From Macrostomum lignano (lineage: Eukaryota), in contig NIVC01002488.1 in the NCBI GenBank assembly GCA_002269645.1, positions 69,590-133,589 of the forward strand: a stretch of 64,000 nucleotides of DNA, read 5' to 3'. The position numbers and the translations under genes were made by a program. Shown here piece by piece: positions 34,957-63,300 of the stretch. A model generated the notes under the pieces. It did not search any database and was not told the DNA's origin. It saw nothing but the letters and a program-made list of their open reading frames with translations. How positions within the stretch are numbered: the first letter of the stretch is position 1; each line of letters starts with the position of its first letter.

Positions 34957-36549
34957 TATATCGTTACATTGGCCCTGATGTATGCTGTGATTGACTAGCT
35001 GCAAAAAATTTTAGGAAAAGTTTTTTTCTATGGCTGAATACCATAGACATCAATTTTCAGCCAAATCAAACACGAATTGTCACCAGGATTAGCATTAGTC
35101 CGGAAACTTTTGCAACACCCCTCGTATTTTAATGAGAGATTGCATATTTTTTTAGACTAAATGTTGGACTCAACCGTCCTAATGTTTATGAATTTTAAAA
35201 TCGCACAAAACAGTTAAGCTCGTCTGGTACTTGTATAGTTTGGCCTAAGAAAAATAACATTTTAAGCACTGCCAGCTCCAGAGAAGTTGCATGCGGCAGA
35301 TGTGGTGGGAGGGCAGTAGCGGTGCCGCAGGCCACTTCATCAACAGCCTGGCGCCTGGCTTCGGCAGTTGCGGAGCAGAAATCATCGCAAATCGAGTCAG
35401 CCATTTTCTGCATAGCTACCTCTCTAGACTGGCATTCACAAGTAGGTCTGTCAGTGCACTGATACATGGAGCCCAGATGATTGACTTGGGTCGTCGCATC
35501 AGCTTGTTGAGGCCTGCCCCGGATGGCGGTGCTGATGGCCTTGGCTAGTTTAGTCCAGCTGAACAGTCGTGGAGGCGATGGTACTGGCGATGGGTGGCGG
35601 AAGTGCAGCGATGGAGGCATAGGTGGTGTCGGATAGTCGTCCAACAACATCTGGCTGCGGTGGCAATCAGGTCAAACAAGTTGCCACTTGGTTGCTGCTG
35701 AACGGGCGAGCTGTGAACAGGTGGTTCTTGGGTCGGCTGCACCGGTGGCGATTGTGGCAGAGTGGGCGAGCTGTGGATTAGTTGCGCTGACAGTGGTTCC
35801 TGCAGGGCAGCGGCGCCTCTAGCTGCTTTTGCGGCCAGTAGCCAAGCGTCAGCCATGATCGCCTTTGACAGGTCAAGACAGCTTGATGGCGGCAGCTGTT
35901 TCTCTAGCGACTGCTAGTTGATTTCCTATCTGAGGTGGCTGCAATGGTTCAAGTTGGCACACCTCAATATTGGCATCACGTTGGGGACGCACATCCCAGC
36001 GGCTGCGTCGGCTGCGAGATGGGTCCTGGCTTGGAATAGGGATAATGCGCGTCCTGCTTGCTGGCTTTGATGAGCTTGTTGCGCGGAAATGGTGGCTTCA
36101 GATGATCTATGATGCTCGGCAGCACGGCAAACTTTGACAAGGTGCAAGCTGGGGAGATGCTTCAGCTGTACATGCTCTGTTTTTCTTAAATGCAGACTTC
36201 GTCACCTCTGCATAGGAACGTGTCAGTTTTGGCGTAGGACAAAGGCGCTTCATGGCGCAAGACATATCGTCCTCGCGTTGTTAATAGGTGGTTGGCTGCA
36301 GGCTCATGGAAGAGCAACAAGATGGCTCGACCTGCGGAGTCTGTTGGCTCATGGGAGAGCAGCGGGACTCCTCAGCGGTAAATTTTTGACCAAGATATGA
36401 GCAGTGGCGCTCGACTGGGAGGGCTGCTAATGCGGTGGCCTCCGAATCTTTGTCCAAGTCAGTCTCCAAACTCTGTAGGTAGACCTTATGGCTGTCGTTG
36501 GAGAGGGCTAATGGTATAGTGGCCTCTTGAACATCATCATTTAGGCTGG

Positions 36550-39500
36550 TCTCTTTGAAGTGACAATAGAGCGTCGGCTTTGGTGTGGTCAGTACCTTTG
36601 TGATGGGAGATGGTGAACTGAAATTCGCTGATCCTCTGGACCCATCAACCTAGAATCCCTGTAGATTCTGTCTGACGTAACAGCCAGAGCAAGACCTTAT
36701 GGTCACTTCTTCAAATTTCTTTCCTATTTAGTATTCTCGAAAGTGTCGCATGTCATTGACAATTCCTAGTAGGTCCTGCTTGTTGACCATGTAGCGAACT
36801 TCTGGGTCACAGAGCTTGGAACTGAAGAATGCAATCGGGCATTCTATTCCATCGGATTGCAGTTGTCCTAGACATGCTCCGATTCAGGTGTTGGATGCGT
36901 TTGTATCCAGGATGAACTTGGCCTTTGGATCCTCATTGAACTGCGAGTACTTCAGTTGAGCATAGCTTGCTCTTCAGAGTCTCAAAGGCAGTCTTATGCT
37001 GCTGCGTCCAATGACGCTAGAATCCTTGCAGGTCCTTGCGTTCAATGCGTGTAACGGGGCAGCAATGCCCAAATAATCCTTGACAAACTTCTTGTAGTAA
37101 TTGGCAAGACCAAGAAAGCTTTGTAGTTGACGAACAGTCCAAGGTGTTGGCCAACTGCGTATCTGCGCAATCTTGTATTTACTGGTTCGTAGGCCTTCTG
37201 GCCTACCTAATCACGTGGCCTAGATAATGGAGGTCCTTCTTAAATAAATGGCATTTATTCGGTTTTAGCTTCAAGTTGGCGGCTATAATTCGATTTAGGA
37301 TTTGTTGTAGACGGTCTAAGTGATCTTTGAATGTCACTGCATGTACAACGATATCGTCCATGTAACCAAACGTGGCCTGCGGTGCTAATCCATTGAGCAG
37401 TTGGTTGATACAATGCTGGAATGATTGGGGCTGTCAGTGGGTCCCATTAGTAGCACCTTAAAGCAGAATTGTCCACAATCGAGCACAGAGAAAGCAGTGA
37501 TGTCCTGGTCTTCTTCGCGGAAAAGGATCTGGTAGAAGCCTTGTACAAGGTCGAGGCTTGAATGCCACTGCGCTTCTCTTAGTTTGGCGAAAGTTTCCTG
37601 AATGTGCAGGATTGGATACGGGTGCTTCAGCGTCACTTCGTTGATTGCTCTGAAGTCGTGCACAATGCGAATCGTCTTGTCCTTCTTTGGTATTAGGAGC
37701 ATTGGCGAGTTGTAACTGGAGTAAGTCAGTCGTATAATGCCCTTCTTCAGCATATCATTGAGCATCTGATCCAGTTGCGGTCATAGGTGAAAAGGTATCC
37801 GGCGAGGAGGAATCGCGATTTGCGTCGAGTCTATGAGCACAATCTCATGAGTTACTAGGTGCGTCAGTCTGTGGTACAACGGAGTTAGGGAGAATGCCGT
37901 CTTGCATTCTTTGAGTAAATCCTGGACCTGGTGCCTCTAGTGGCTGTTCAGCTGGTCTCCGATGGCGACTTCATTAATCCAACTGGTAGTCGTCTCTTCA
38001 GCCATTATCAGTTGACATACTTCTGGCTCGGTCGACTTGCTGAAGTACTCGAGGTCCTGGGTCTTGAGTGGTGTAGCTACTCCCATTAGCATGTTGCGAC
38101 GCAAGTGAACCTCTGTATCTGATGGGTTGAGTACTTCCATCACTCCTCGACTTTCTGTCATCGTATGCAGGACCAGGGCTGCGTCTAACTGGTGATGCTT
38201 TACTCGTAGTCCTGATTTGAGTGGTTCGATAATCATCGGTGAACCGTAGTTCTGCTGTTGACCTTCGGCTAGCTTAATGGCGATGAGGCAGGAACATTGG
38301 GGCAGCAGAGTGCATTTTTCAGCAATATACACTCGGCAGGCCTTCAGTTCTCTCCTTGAATAGCATACTGGAAGTCGGGTGCCTTGTTGGAATGTAAGCA
38401 TTCCTTGCTGGAAGTCCAGTCCTTGGCAATGACTCCGCATGAAATCAATTCCTAGAAGATTTCCAGTCTCTTTCGGCGGCAAAGAATTCGGTTTCCACGA
38501 ATTAATCCCCAAATTCAACTGATAGGATAACTTTGGTGGCGAGACTTAACTCAGTCCCATCATACATAGTGACTCAGTTAGGGTAAGCAGGTGTGACTAT
38601 ACAACGTGGTGAACGACGGCTAATGGTGGTCTAAGTAGACGCTCCAAGGAATTTCTTCTGCTTCCGCTGTCTAGCAGAAAGGCGACCTCTTGTCAAGCCA
38701 CTCATCCAGTAATAAATGGATCGGCGTCATGCGCATGGACTGTATTTACAAAAGAGGCATCCAGAAAACCTCCATCAACTGATTCTTTGATTACTGACAA
38801 CTTGGACAAGTCAGCTGCTGCGGCTGCGGGGCCATACTCTTCCGGGGCGTGTTCGGTGTCAGCTGCATAGCCTGGGCTGGAGCTTGGGGGTGTTGCCATT
38901 TACGTCCTCTGGCTGGCTGTTTCCCATAAACTGCTGAGTTGATTGATGTCTGTGCGGACAATCTCTTGCCTTGTGTCCTTCTTGATGACACTCATAGCAT
39001 GTGTAGTGTGGTGGTCGGTTTGCTTGACTGGTCATTTGATTGGCTGTGGCCTGCTGTGCCATCGTGTTGAGTAGATGCTGCTGCTGCTGCATCATTGCAG
39101 CTTGTTGCTTAATGACTTTTTCCAACTTCTTGAGGGTGCTGTTGTTGGGCTCCTTTGAGGCTTGTCCCTCCCCGTCCAACATTCTGACTGGGGCTCTTTC
39201 AAACAATGAGCCAGGTCTTTAGCTAGTTCCATCCTCTCTAGTGCTTGCATGGCTTCGCTGAGTGTCCGAGGTTGGATCCAGAAAAGCTTTTTGCGGCAGT
39301 CTGATGACATGCAAATCCCACAAAGGAACTGGTCAATCAGTTATTGCTCTAGATGGCGAGGCTCAAGCCAAGGGAAGGCTTGTTCTCCTAGCTCCTGCAG
39401 AGCATCTGCGTAATCTTCAGTTGACTCATTCTTGCGCTGGCTGCAGCCTCTGAATTCTTCTCAATACTCATCAGGTCCTGAGAGTTGTGCGAATTTCTCT

Positions 39501-39610
39501 ATTAGTCATTGCTGAAGCTGTTTATAGGTGATGCAGTCGGGCAGCCTCATGCAAAGTACCACAGGCACAGCCTACTGGGTCCCATAGCGGCTAGTTGATG
39601 CCATCATGTC
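36550..39610 (-). mobile_element. Old, frameshifted Ty3/Gypsy relic (gag-PR-RT-RNaseH)
   Basis: CCHC knuckle CYECHQEGHKARDC, protease LLDSGS (38663-38671), RT SPMLLIPKKDKTIRIVHDFRAIN and YMDD (37353-37364), and RNase H remnants to about 36570. Many stops; no LTRs or integrase seen. Confidence 0.85.
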
Positions 39611-39676
39611 TCGGTATCGCGCGGCTTTGGTGACGGAGGGTCGCCTGTCCGAACTTTTTTTAAAACTTGGTCAGGA

Positions 39677-39850
39677 TTGCTACAGGGCGACACATTAGCA
39701 TCATTCCTCTTCGTTTTGCTTCTTGACTGGGTGCTCCAGAATGCACTCCCCTCAGCAGGCGACGGCTTCCTGCTACGCAGACGCATCGGTCGCCGCTACA
39801 ACAAGATGCACTTGACCCTACTGCGCTATTCTGACGACCTTGTCCTCGTG
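39677..39850 (+). mobile_element. Non-LTR (LINE) reverse transcriptase fragment
   Basis: LQGDTLASFLF...LRYSDDLVL, matching the QGD and Y(A/S)DD motifs. Confidence 0.75.
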
Positions 39851-40627
39851 CCATTTAAATTTATACTTGAAATATTTAAATATTAAATAGATGAAAGACC
39901 AAAAATCTAGCTAGTAGATTGTCATATTCTATTATTTACCAAGTTTTAGTAGCAGTGTTTATTATGGTACCTGTATGCAATCTATCTTGACATGTTTAAG
40001 AGTAACGGTCCATACTTTTACTCAAGTACTCTATGTTAGAATCCCAGAACTAATTTAAAATTTTCAGAGTCCATCTTAGCACTCCAATATTTATCTCAGC
40101 TGCCCAACACCATCAAAGGCCACTTTAATATTCAGAGTTTCAATCTAGTATTCTAGAATTCTCTTAGTTGTCTAGAATCAATCTTTCCACCATGTCACTC
40201 CAAAGTCCCTTTGTCAGTTGTCACTCCAGAATCCACCTCACCTTATCACTCCAGAGGTCACCTTGTCACTCCAGAGTTCATTTCGTCATCACAGAGTCCA
40301 CCTATGGACAAGCATTCGCCTTGTAAATAAGCAAGCAAGATTAAACAGCCTGGCAATTCCCGGTCTATCTTTGTGCTATGCGGGTCTGTTGCGCGGACTT
40401 CAACGCAGAATCTTTAGCTTTGTGTGCATCGTGTGGTACTTTAAGTCATAGTTTGATGTCCGCTTAGCAACGAGAATATTGTACACCGGGTCTATTGGAA
40501 GCAACCAATTTTCAAATTTTCAGTAATATTAATCTTTTACTAAAATATATCCTTTCTAGATCTGCTAAGAAAACTTGTGCAACACCAAAAATACTAGCGA
40601 ACACCCATCATAAACTCAAAATATCAG

Positions 40628-40711
40628 AAACCCAAAATATCATGACTCCGAAAACCAATGTAGCCTTGGGTAACGTTGCTAGCACTTTCGGAGTCATGAT
40701 ATTTCGGGTTT
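40628..40711. repeat. 26-bp inverted repeat with extra partial copies (probable transposon subterminal remnant)
   Basis: AAACCCAAAATATCATGACTCCGAAA vs TTTCGGAGTCATGATATTTCGGGTTT (1 mismatch). Confidence 0.7.
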
Positions 40712-40881
40712 GTGATAATTCGGTTTTATAATGGTAGTGCTTTCGGAGTTGTGATATTTTGGGTTTGTAATGCCCCCCCCCCAATTTAAAGATAAAGGAC
40801 AGAATGTATTCTAGATTAAGAATAGATGATATGAAAGAGCAAGTGGGAAGGTAGAAGGAAACATGAGACGAGTTTAGCTGC

Positions 40882-40884
<3 letters not shown>

Positions 40885-40922
<38 letters not shown>
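40885..40922. repeat. (CT)n microsatellite
   Basis: Perfect dinucleotide run. Confidence 0.95.
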
Positions 40923-40928
<6 letters not shown>

Positions 40929-41153
40929 CTAACAGTTAGGTCTATTTTTACCTCATCGATATATTCCTTAATAGGGAGTTGAAAGTACGCTGGGCTCTCT
41001 GCAGTTTCTGTCTGTCCAATGCGCACACAGCTTAGGAGAGAGAGATGAACTAGGAGAAGCGTGGCATAGAAGCAGGTGCAGCCTAAGTTTCAGATCCTAT
41101 TTTTAGCTCCCAAAATGCCTAGCCTATAAGTTCAATCTTTCTGCTCAGTGTTA

Positions 41154-41167
41154 GTCGCCCTGGCAAC
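41154..41167. promoter_or_regulatory. Possible RFX X-box
   Basis: GTCGCCCTGGCAAC fits GTNRCC-N2-RGYAAC and lies about 1.3 kb upstream of the first coding exon of the EF-hand gene. Motif match only. Confidence 0.25.
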
Positions 41168-41921
41168 TAAACCTGACTATACTAGCTAGATACAGCTTTT
41201 GAAAAAGAAACTTGCTCGTCCGTCTATTATTCAAGCAAGAAGTTGCCCTGCATAAGCAATTAGTTTCAGCTGTAAAAAACGAAATAATTAAAAAAATCTT
41301 CTAGAACCATTAGTGGTGAGTGCGATTTGTGTAATGATTCTGTGTATTTTTTTATTAACGCAACCCTTGATTTAAGTTTAAGTTTAAGTTATGTATGGAT
41401 GGAGTTGAATGTATGTAATGGGGGGGGGGTAGCCATCCCGCTGAGGATGGGGGTCAGATGTTACTTTGTCACTCTTACATTTTGGAGCTAATACCTTTTC
41501 TTTGGTGCTAAATTGGCGCCAAAACCTTTCCAGTAGCACTGGATTGGCGCTAAAACTTTCCGTGGCGCTAAATTAGCGTCAAAACCTTGCCAGTATTCCA
41601 AACCTTGCCTTGCCACAATAATCTAGTGCAATCTAGTTTTTGCATTAGAATGGCGCCCAAACCTTTTCTGTGGCGCTACATTGGCGCCATAATTATTTTA
41701 AAGACCTTAATCTCTTTGCTAAAACGCTAAACTGATACCAAGCTGTTGGTCAGTGAGTAAGACTCTTAATTTCTGTCAAAATTATTTCTTAGTGCTGGTT
41801 TCAAGTATCGAAATTTTCATTAAGTTTCAACCACGTATTTGTCGAGAGGTTTTTTGTGTATTTTCTTTTGAAAATGAATTGTTTCTCTTTCTGGTTCTAA
41901 ATTAGATTAAGGAAAAACTGA

Positions 41922-41978
41922 AAGACAGACAGACAGACAGACAGACAGGCAGACAGACAGACAGACAGACAGACAGGC

Positions 41979-42015
<37 letters not shown>

Positions 42016-42026
42016 GGCAAGCAGGC
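41922..42026. repeat. (GACA)n microsatellite
   Basis: Tetranucleotide run. Confidence 0.95.
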
Positions 42027-42511
42027 AGACTCTGAACGGTAGACAAATAGATAGACTGACAGACAATTCGCTGTCGCCATACTGTATCAAAATTGATAGA
42101 AAATTTAAGTTGCGAAGTCAATCCGAAGCCATCAAGCCACGAATTGTATCGAGGCGCAAGAATCCGCCGGTTAAATTTGTAGCTTATGTTTTTTCCTAGC
42201 ATTTTTATTGTCTAATACTTATAGCACTCCTGAAGTTGTGAAATTTTGTCAAGGATGTCCTGTTTTTGAATTGATACAAAGTTAGCAGTAGCATGTTGAT
42301 AGACAGCTACGTTTTAAAGAATTAAAACACCTTCGCTACAATGATTGCAGATATTTTCCATCAGGCGATACGGCTGTGCTTAGATCATGTAAAGAATAAT
42401 CGTTGTAGAAGAAATAAAACAAAGTTTATTGCTTGTTATAATTCGAATATACCCGGTTCGTTTAAAAGCTTGTTGGAGTTCGTTACCAAGATTTCAAGCT
42501 CGTGTGCAATA

Positions 42512-57383
<14,872 letters not shown>

Positions 57384-57884
57384 TGAGCCGCCGTCATCTC
57401 AGACAATCCTTCTTCTTAAACGGCAGTGTTTCTTCTTCTTTATTCTTCATTCCTCTCTTTCTTTTTGCCCTTTTTAGACTTTAGAAGAACTGTTTCGTAT
57501 GAATTATGTTTCTCCTACAAGACTATTATTGTACTGAGGCCTTTTGTGGATTGCTGGATTCTTGATGACTTGCTTAAATGTTTTCCTCTGGTTTTTCGAT
57601 CTAATTCTATATATATAATTAATATATCATACTGCCTGCTGTTTAAAAAATTGATTTTCTATTGATTCTGTGCACTTTCCTTCGGTAAATATTTGTCAAA
57701 TATGACTGCAGATTTAATTTATATATTCAACGATTGATTTGTACACACTGATTATTCGCGCCTGCTGTAATTTTATTTTATTCTAGTCTCATTGGCATTA
57801 TTGTTTGCTCACCTGGGTGGGCAGAGTGCTGGCTCTGCTTTATTTACCTGCGCTGGGATCGTGATGTTGCTTGACGGACAGATA

Positions 57885-58050
57885 CAGACAGACAGACAGA
57901 CAGACAGACAGGCAGACAGACAGACAGACAGGCAGACAGACAGACTGACTGACTGACTGACTGACTGACTGACTGACTGACTTGAGTGAGTGGGTGACTG
58001 ACTGACTGACTGACTGACTGACTGACAGACAGACAGACAGGCAGACAGAC
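57885..58050. repeat. Compound (GACA)n/(GACT)n microsatellite
   Basis: Simple repeats. Confidence 0.95.
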
Positions 58051-59065
58051 AACTATTTTGATACCTAAGAAACTACTATGAAAGGGCAACATTCATAAAT
58101 TGGTTTTATTAGCAAACAAGGTAAAGGGTATTTCGCATAACACAAAATATTGCAGCACTGATTATTGCAATAGCAGTTCTTGCATACTAGCAATCATTTA
58201 TCAGATTGATCTAATTGAACTCTTTTGGTATCTAGTCTGTGTAAATTCACTTGAGAAGTCACACAATATTTCTATAAAATGCATCTATTTTGAATTATCA
58301 TCATTAATAAGCACGGGTGCAATTGTTCAAAACAGTCACAATCTTTACCTAATTAGCAATTTCTTTTGCACTTATAAGTCTGTGTTTTTTCTTTCAAAAT
58401 CTCAGCTTTGATTTACAATTTTGTGTCAGCGCTAAGAGGAGTGAACACTTTATTTTCCTTGTTTCAATAACTTTTACTTGTTTTTTTAATTATCTTCATA
58501 AATATTTCCTTTGTCCCGTAACTGATATTGCTGCTATTTAGTGCATTATTGATTCAATTTATTAAATTTATTAATATTATAATTAGTTCCAACCACAGTT
58601 GTCATGACAATAGATGCGATTAAAATATGTTATATTTTATTATTGACAATAATACAATTAGTAAAATTGCATATAAAAATGGTTGGTCATTAGTTTTTTG
58701 AATAAATATTGACGCGTAAAAATGACTGGAATTTATTTTTTTATTAATGGAGAATTGAAGGCGATACGGTCAGAGTACTTTTAGTTGTTGCTGGGGGGCA
58801 GGTGGTAAACATGGGGCGTCTCCTGCGCATTCGCCTGGCGACCGCGCCCTAAAAAGTACTTTTGGATTTTGTAGGATGTGTTTTTTCGCCAAATTGTCGG
58901 ACAAAATCAACTGGGAAATGTTTTTTTAAGGACAAGAATCGATAAAATTTTGACGATGGGTTCAACGCGTAAATTATCCGTCTAAACTGTGTGACAATTG
59001 TCATGTTTATGATTAGAAAAATGATTGTATATATCCAAAAAGTACGAAGATTTTATCGTGGTTAC

Positions 59066-59990
59066 TAGCAATCCACTCTGTTCGATTAGGCTATAGATTA
59101 GCAATCCACTCTGTTCGATTAGGCTATAGATTAGCAATCCACTCTGTTCGATTAGGCTATAGATTAGCAATCCACTCTGTTCGATTAGGCTATAGATTAG
59201 CAATCCACTCTGTTCGATTAGGCTATAGATTAGCAATCCACTCTGTTCGATTAGGCTATAGATTAGCAATCCACTCTATGTTCAAGTAGGCTATAGATTA
59301 GTAATCCACTCTATATTCAAGTAGGCTATAGATTAGCAATCCACTCTATGTTCAAGTAGGCTATAGATTAGCAATCCACTCTATGTTCAAGTAGGCTATA
59401 GATTAGCAATCCACTCTATGTTCAAGTAGGCTATAGATTAGCAATCCACTCTATATTCAAGTAGGCTATAGATTAGCAATCCACTCTATATTCAATTAGG
59501 CTATAGATTAGCAATCCACTCTATGTTCAAGTAGGCTATAGATTAGCAATCCACTCTATGTTCAAGTAGGCTATAGATTAGCAATCCACTCTATGTTCAA
59601 GTAGGCTATAGATTAGCAATCCACTCTATGTTCAAGTAGGCTATAGATTAGCAATCCACTCTATGTTCAAGTAGGCTATAGATTAGCAATCCACTCTATG
59701 TTCAAGTAGGCTATAGATTAGCATCCACTCTATATTCAAGTAGGCTATAGATTAGCAATCCACTCTATATTCAAGTAGGCTATAGATTAGCATCCACTCT
59801 ATATTCAAGTAGGCTATAGATTAGCATCCACTCTATATTCAAGTAGGCTATAGATTAGCAATCCACTCTATATTCAAGTAGGCTATAGATTAGCAATCCA
59901 CTCTATCCAATTAGACTATGGATTAGCAATCCACTCTATATTCAATTAGGCTATAGATTAGCAATCCACTCTATCTAATTAGGCTATGGA
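59066..59990 (+). repeat. 33-bp then 35-bp satellite related to the 42-bp family
   Basis: Shares TAGATTAGCAATCCA(C/T)TCT with the 42-bp unit. Confidence 0.92.
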
Positions 59991-60092
59991 TTAGATTGGC
60001 AAACTACATTGGTTAGTAATTATTATGATATTATTATTAGTAGTAGTAGTAGTAGTACAACATAACTCACGCGGTAATCTTAAAGATTAAGT

Positions 60093-60319
60093 CTAGAGTC
60101 GAGCATGAATAACAAACGAGTTTCCGCTCGACCCAGAACTCAGTCCAGTGCCGGATTCATCACACTCCGCCGCCTTCCTCAGCCAGAATCTGGGCCTCTT
60201 TGTCGCCGTTCTTCGCGGCCGCTTCGATGCCACTGGAGCGAAGGCAGCCGCAGACAACAGGTACCAGGCAATTGGCAGAGTCAGCAGCAGCGCTGCCAGG
60301 AAGGCGATGGCACGGAACA
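60093..60319 (-). CDS. Probable terminal exon of a membrane-protein gene continuing beyond the window
   Basis: GC-rich unique island between satellites. Acceptor cacattttag| at 60320, hydrophobic helix FRAIAFLAALLLTLPIAWYLL, basic tail, stop TAG at 60095-60093. Confidence 0.5.
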
Positions 60320-60346
60320 CTAAAATGTGTGCGCAGTGGGGCAATG

Positions 60347-63300
60347 TCGCTAATCTAGCCAATCACTGATCAGTTAGAATAGAATGGATTGCTAATCTAG
60401 CAGATCAATCGGAATAGAATGGATTGCTAATCTAGCCAATCACATCAATTGGAATAGAATGGATTGCTAATCTAGCCAATCACAAATCAATTGGAATAGA
60501 ATGGATTGCTAATCTAGCCAATCACAGATCAATGGAATAGAATGGATTGCTAATCTAGCCAATCACAAATCAATTGGAATAGAATGGATTGCTAATCTAG
60601 CCAATCACAAATCAATTGGAATAGAATGGATTGCTAATCTAGCCAATCACAATCAATTGGAATAGAATGGATTGCTAATCTAGCCAATCACAAATCAATT
60701 GGAATAGAATGGATTGCTAATCTAGCCAATCACAGATCAATTGGAATAGAATGGATTGCTAATCTAGCCAATCACAGATCAATTGGAATAGAATGGATTG
60801 CTAATCTAGCCAATCACAGATCAATTGGAATAGAATGGATTGCTAATCTAGCCAATCACAGATCAATTCGGAATAGAATGGATTGCTAATCTAGCCAATC
60901 ACAAATCAATTGGAATAGAATGGATTGCTAATCTAGCCAATCACAGATCAATGGAATAGAATGGATTGCTAATCTAGCCAATCACAGATCAATTGGAATA
61001 GAATGGATTGCTAATCTAGCCAATCACAGATCAATTGGAATAGAATGGATTGCTAATCTAGCCAATCACAATCAATGGAATAGAATGGATTGCTAATCTA
61101 GCCAATCACAAATCAATTGGAATAGAATGGATTGCTAATCTAGCCAATCACAAATCAATTGGAATAGAATGGATTGCTAATCTAGCCAATCACAGATCAA
61201 TTGGAATAGAATGGATTGCTAATCTAGCCAATCACAGATCAATTGGAATAGAATGGATTGCTAATCTAGCCAATCACAAATCAATTGGAATAGAATGGAT
61301 TGCTAATCTAGCCAATCACAGATCAATTGGAATAGAATGGATTGCTAATCTAGCCAATCACAGATCAATTGGAATAGAATGGATTGCTAATCTAGCCAAT
61401 CACAGATCAATCGGAATAGAATGGATTGCTAATCTAGCCAATCACAGATCAATCGGAATAGAATGGATTGCTAATCTAGCCAATCACAGATCAATTGGAA
61501 TAGAATGGATTGCTAATCTAGCCAATCACAGATCAATTGGAATAGAATGGATTGCTAATCTAGCCAATCACAATCAATTGGAATAGAATGGATTGCTAAT
61601 CTAGCCAATCACAGATCAATTGGAATAGAATGGATTGCTAATCTAGCCAATCACAGATCAATTGGAATAGAATGGATTGCTAATCTAGCCAATCACAGAT
61701 CAATTGGAATAGAATGGATTGCTAATCTAGCCAATCACAGATCAATTGGAATAGAATGGATTGCTAATCTAGCCAATCACAGATCAATTGGAATAGAATG
61801 GATTGCTAATCTAGCCAATCACAGATCAATTGGAATAGAATGGATTGCTAATCTAGCCAATCACAGATCAATTGGAATAGAATGGATTGCTAATCTAGCC
61901 AATCACAGATCAATTGGAATAGAATGGATTGCTAATCTAGCCAATCACAGATCAATTGGAATAGAATGGATTGCTAATCTAGCCAATCACAGATCAATGG
62001 AATAGAATGGATTGCTAATCTAGCCAATCACAGATCAATTGGAATAGAATGGATTGCTAATCTAGCCAATCACAGATCAATTGGAATAGAATGGATTGCT
62101 AATCTAGCCAATCACAAATCAATTGGAATAGAATGGATTGCTAATCTAGCCAATCACAGATCAATTGGAATAGAATGGATTGCTAATCTAGCCAATCACA
62201 AATCAATTGGAATAGAATGGATTGCTAATCTAGCCAATCACAATCAATTGGAATAGAATGGATTGCTAATCTAGCCAATCACAGATCAATTGGAATAGAA
62301 TGGATTGCTAATCTAGCCAATCACAGATCAATTGGAATAGAATGGATTGCTAATCTAGCCAATCACAGATCAATTGGAATAGAATGGATTGCTAATCTAG
62401 CCAATCACAGATCAATCGGAATAGAATGGATTGCTAATCTAGCCAATCACAGATCAATCGGAATAGAATGGATTGCTAATCTAGCCAATCACAGATCAAT
62501 CGGAATAGAATGGATTGCTAATCTAGCCAATCACAAATCAATTGGAATAGAATGGATTGCTAATCTAGCCAATCACAGATCAATTGGAATAGAATGGATT
62601 GCTAATCTAGCCAATCACAGATCAATTGGAATAGAATGGATTGCTAATCTAGCCAATCACAAATCAATTGGAATAGAATGGATTGCTAATCTAGCCAATC
62701 ACAGATCAATTGGAATAGAATGGATTGCTAATCTAGCCAATCACAGATCAATTGGAATAGAATGGATTGCTAATCTAGCCAATCACAGATCAATTGGAAT
62801 AGAATGGATTGCTAATCTAGCCAATCACAGATCAATCGGAATAGAATGGATTGCTAATCTAGCCAAATCACAGATCAATCGGAATAGAATGGATTGCTAA
62901 TCTAGCCAAATCACAGATCAATCGGAATAGAATGGATTGCTAATCTAGCCAATCACAGATCAATCGGAATAGAATGGATTGCTAATCTAGCCAAATCACA
63001 GATCAATCGGAATAGAATGGATTGCTAATCTAGCCAAATCACAGATCAATCGGAATAGAATGGATTGCTAATCTAGCAAATCACAAATCAATCGGAATAG
63101 AATGGATTGCTAATCTAGCCAATCACAGATCAATTGGAATAGAATGGATTGCTAATCTAGCCAATCACAGATCAATCGGAATAGAATGGATTGCTAATCT
63201 AGCCAAATCACAGATCAATCGGTATAGAATGGATTGCTAATCTAGCCAATCACAGATCAATTGGAATAGAATGGATTGCTAATCTAGCCAATCACAGATC

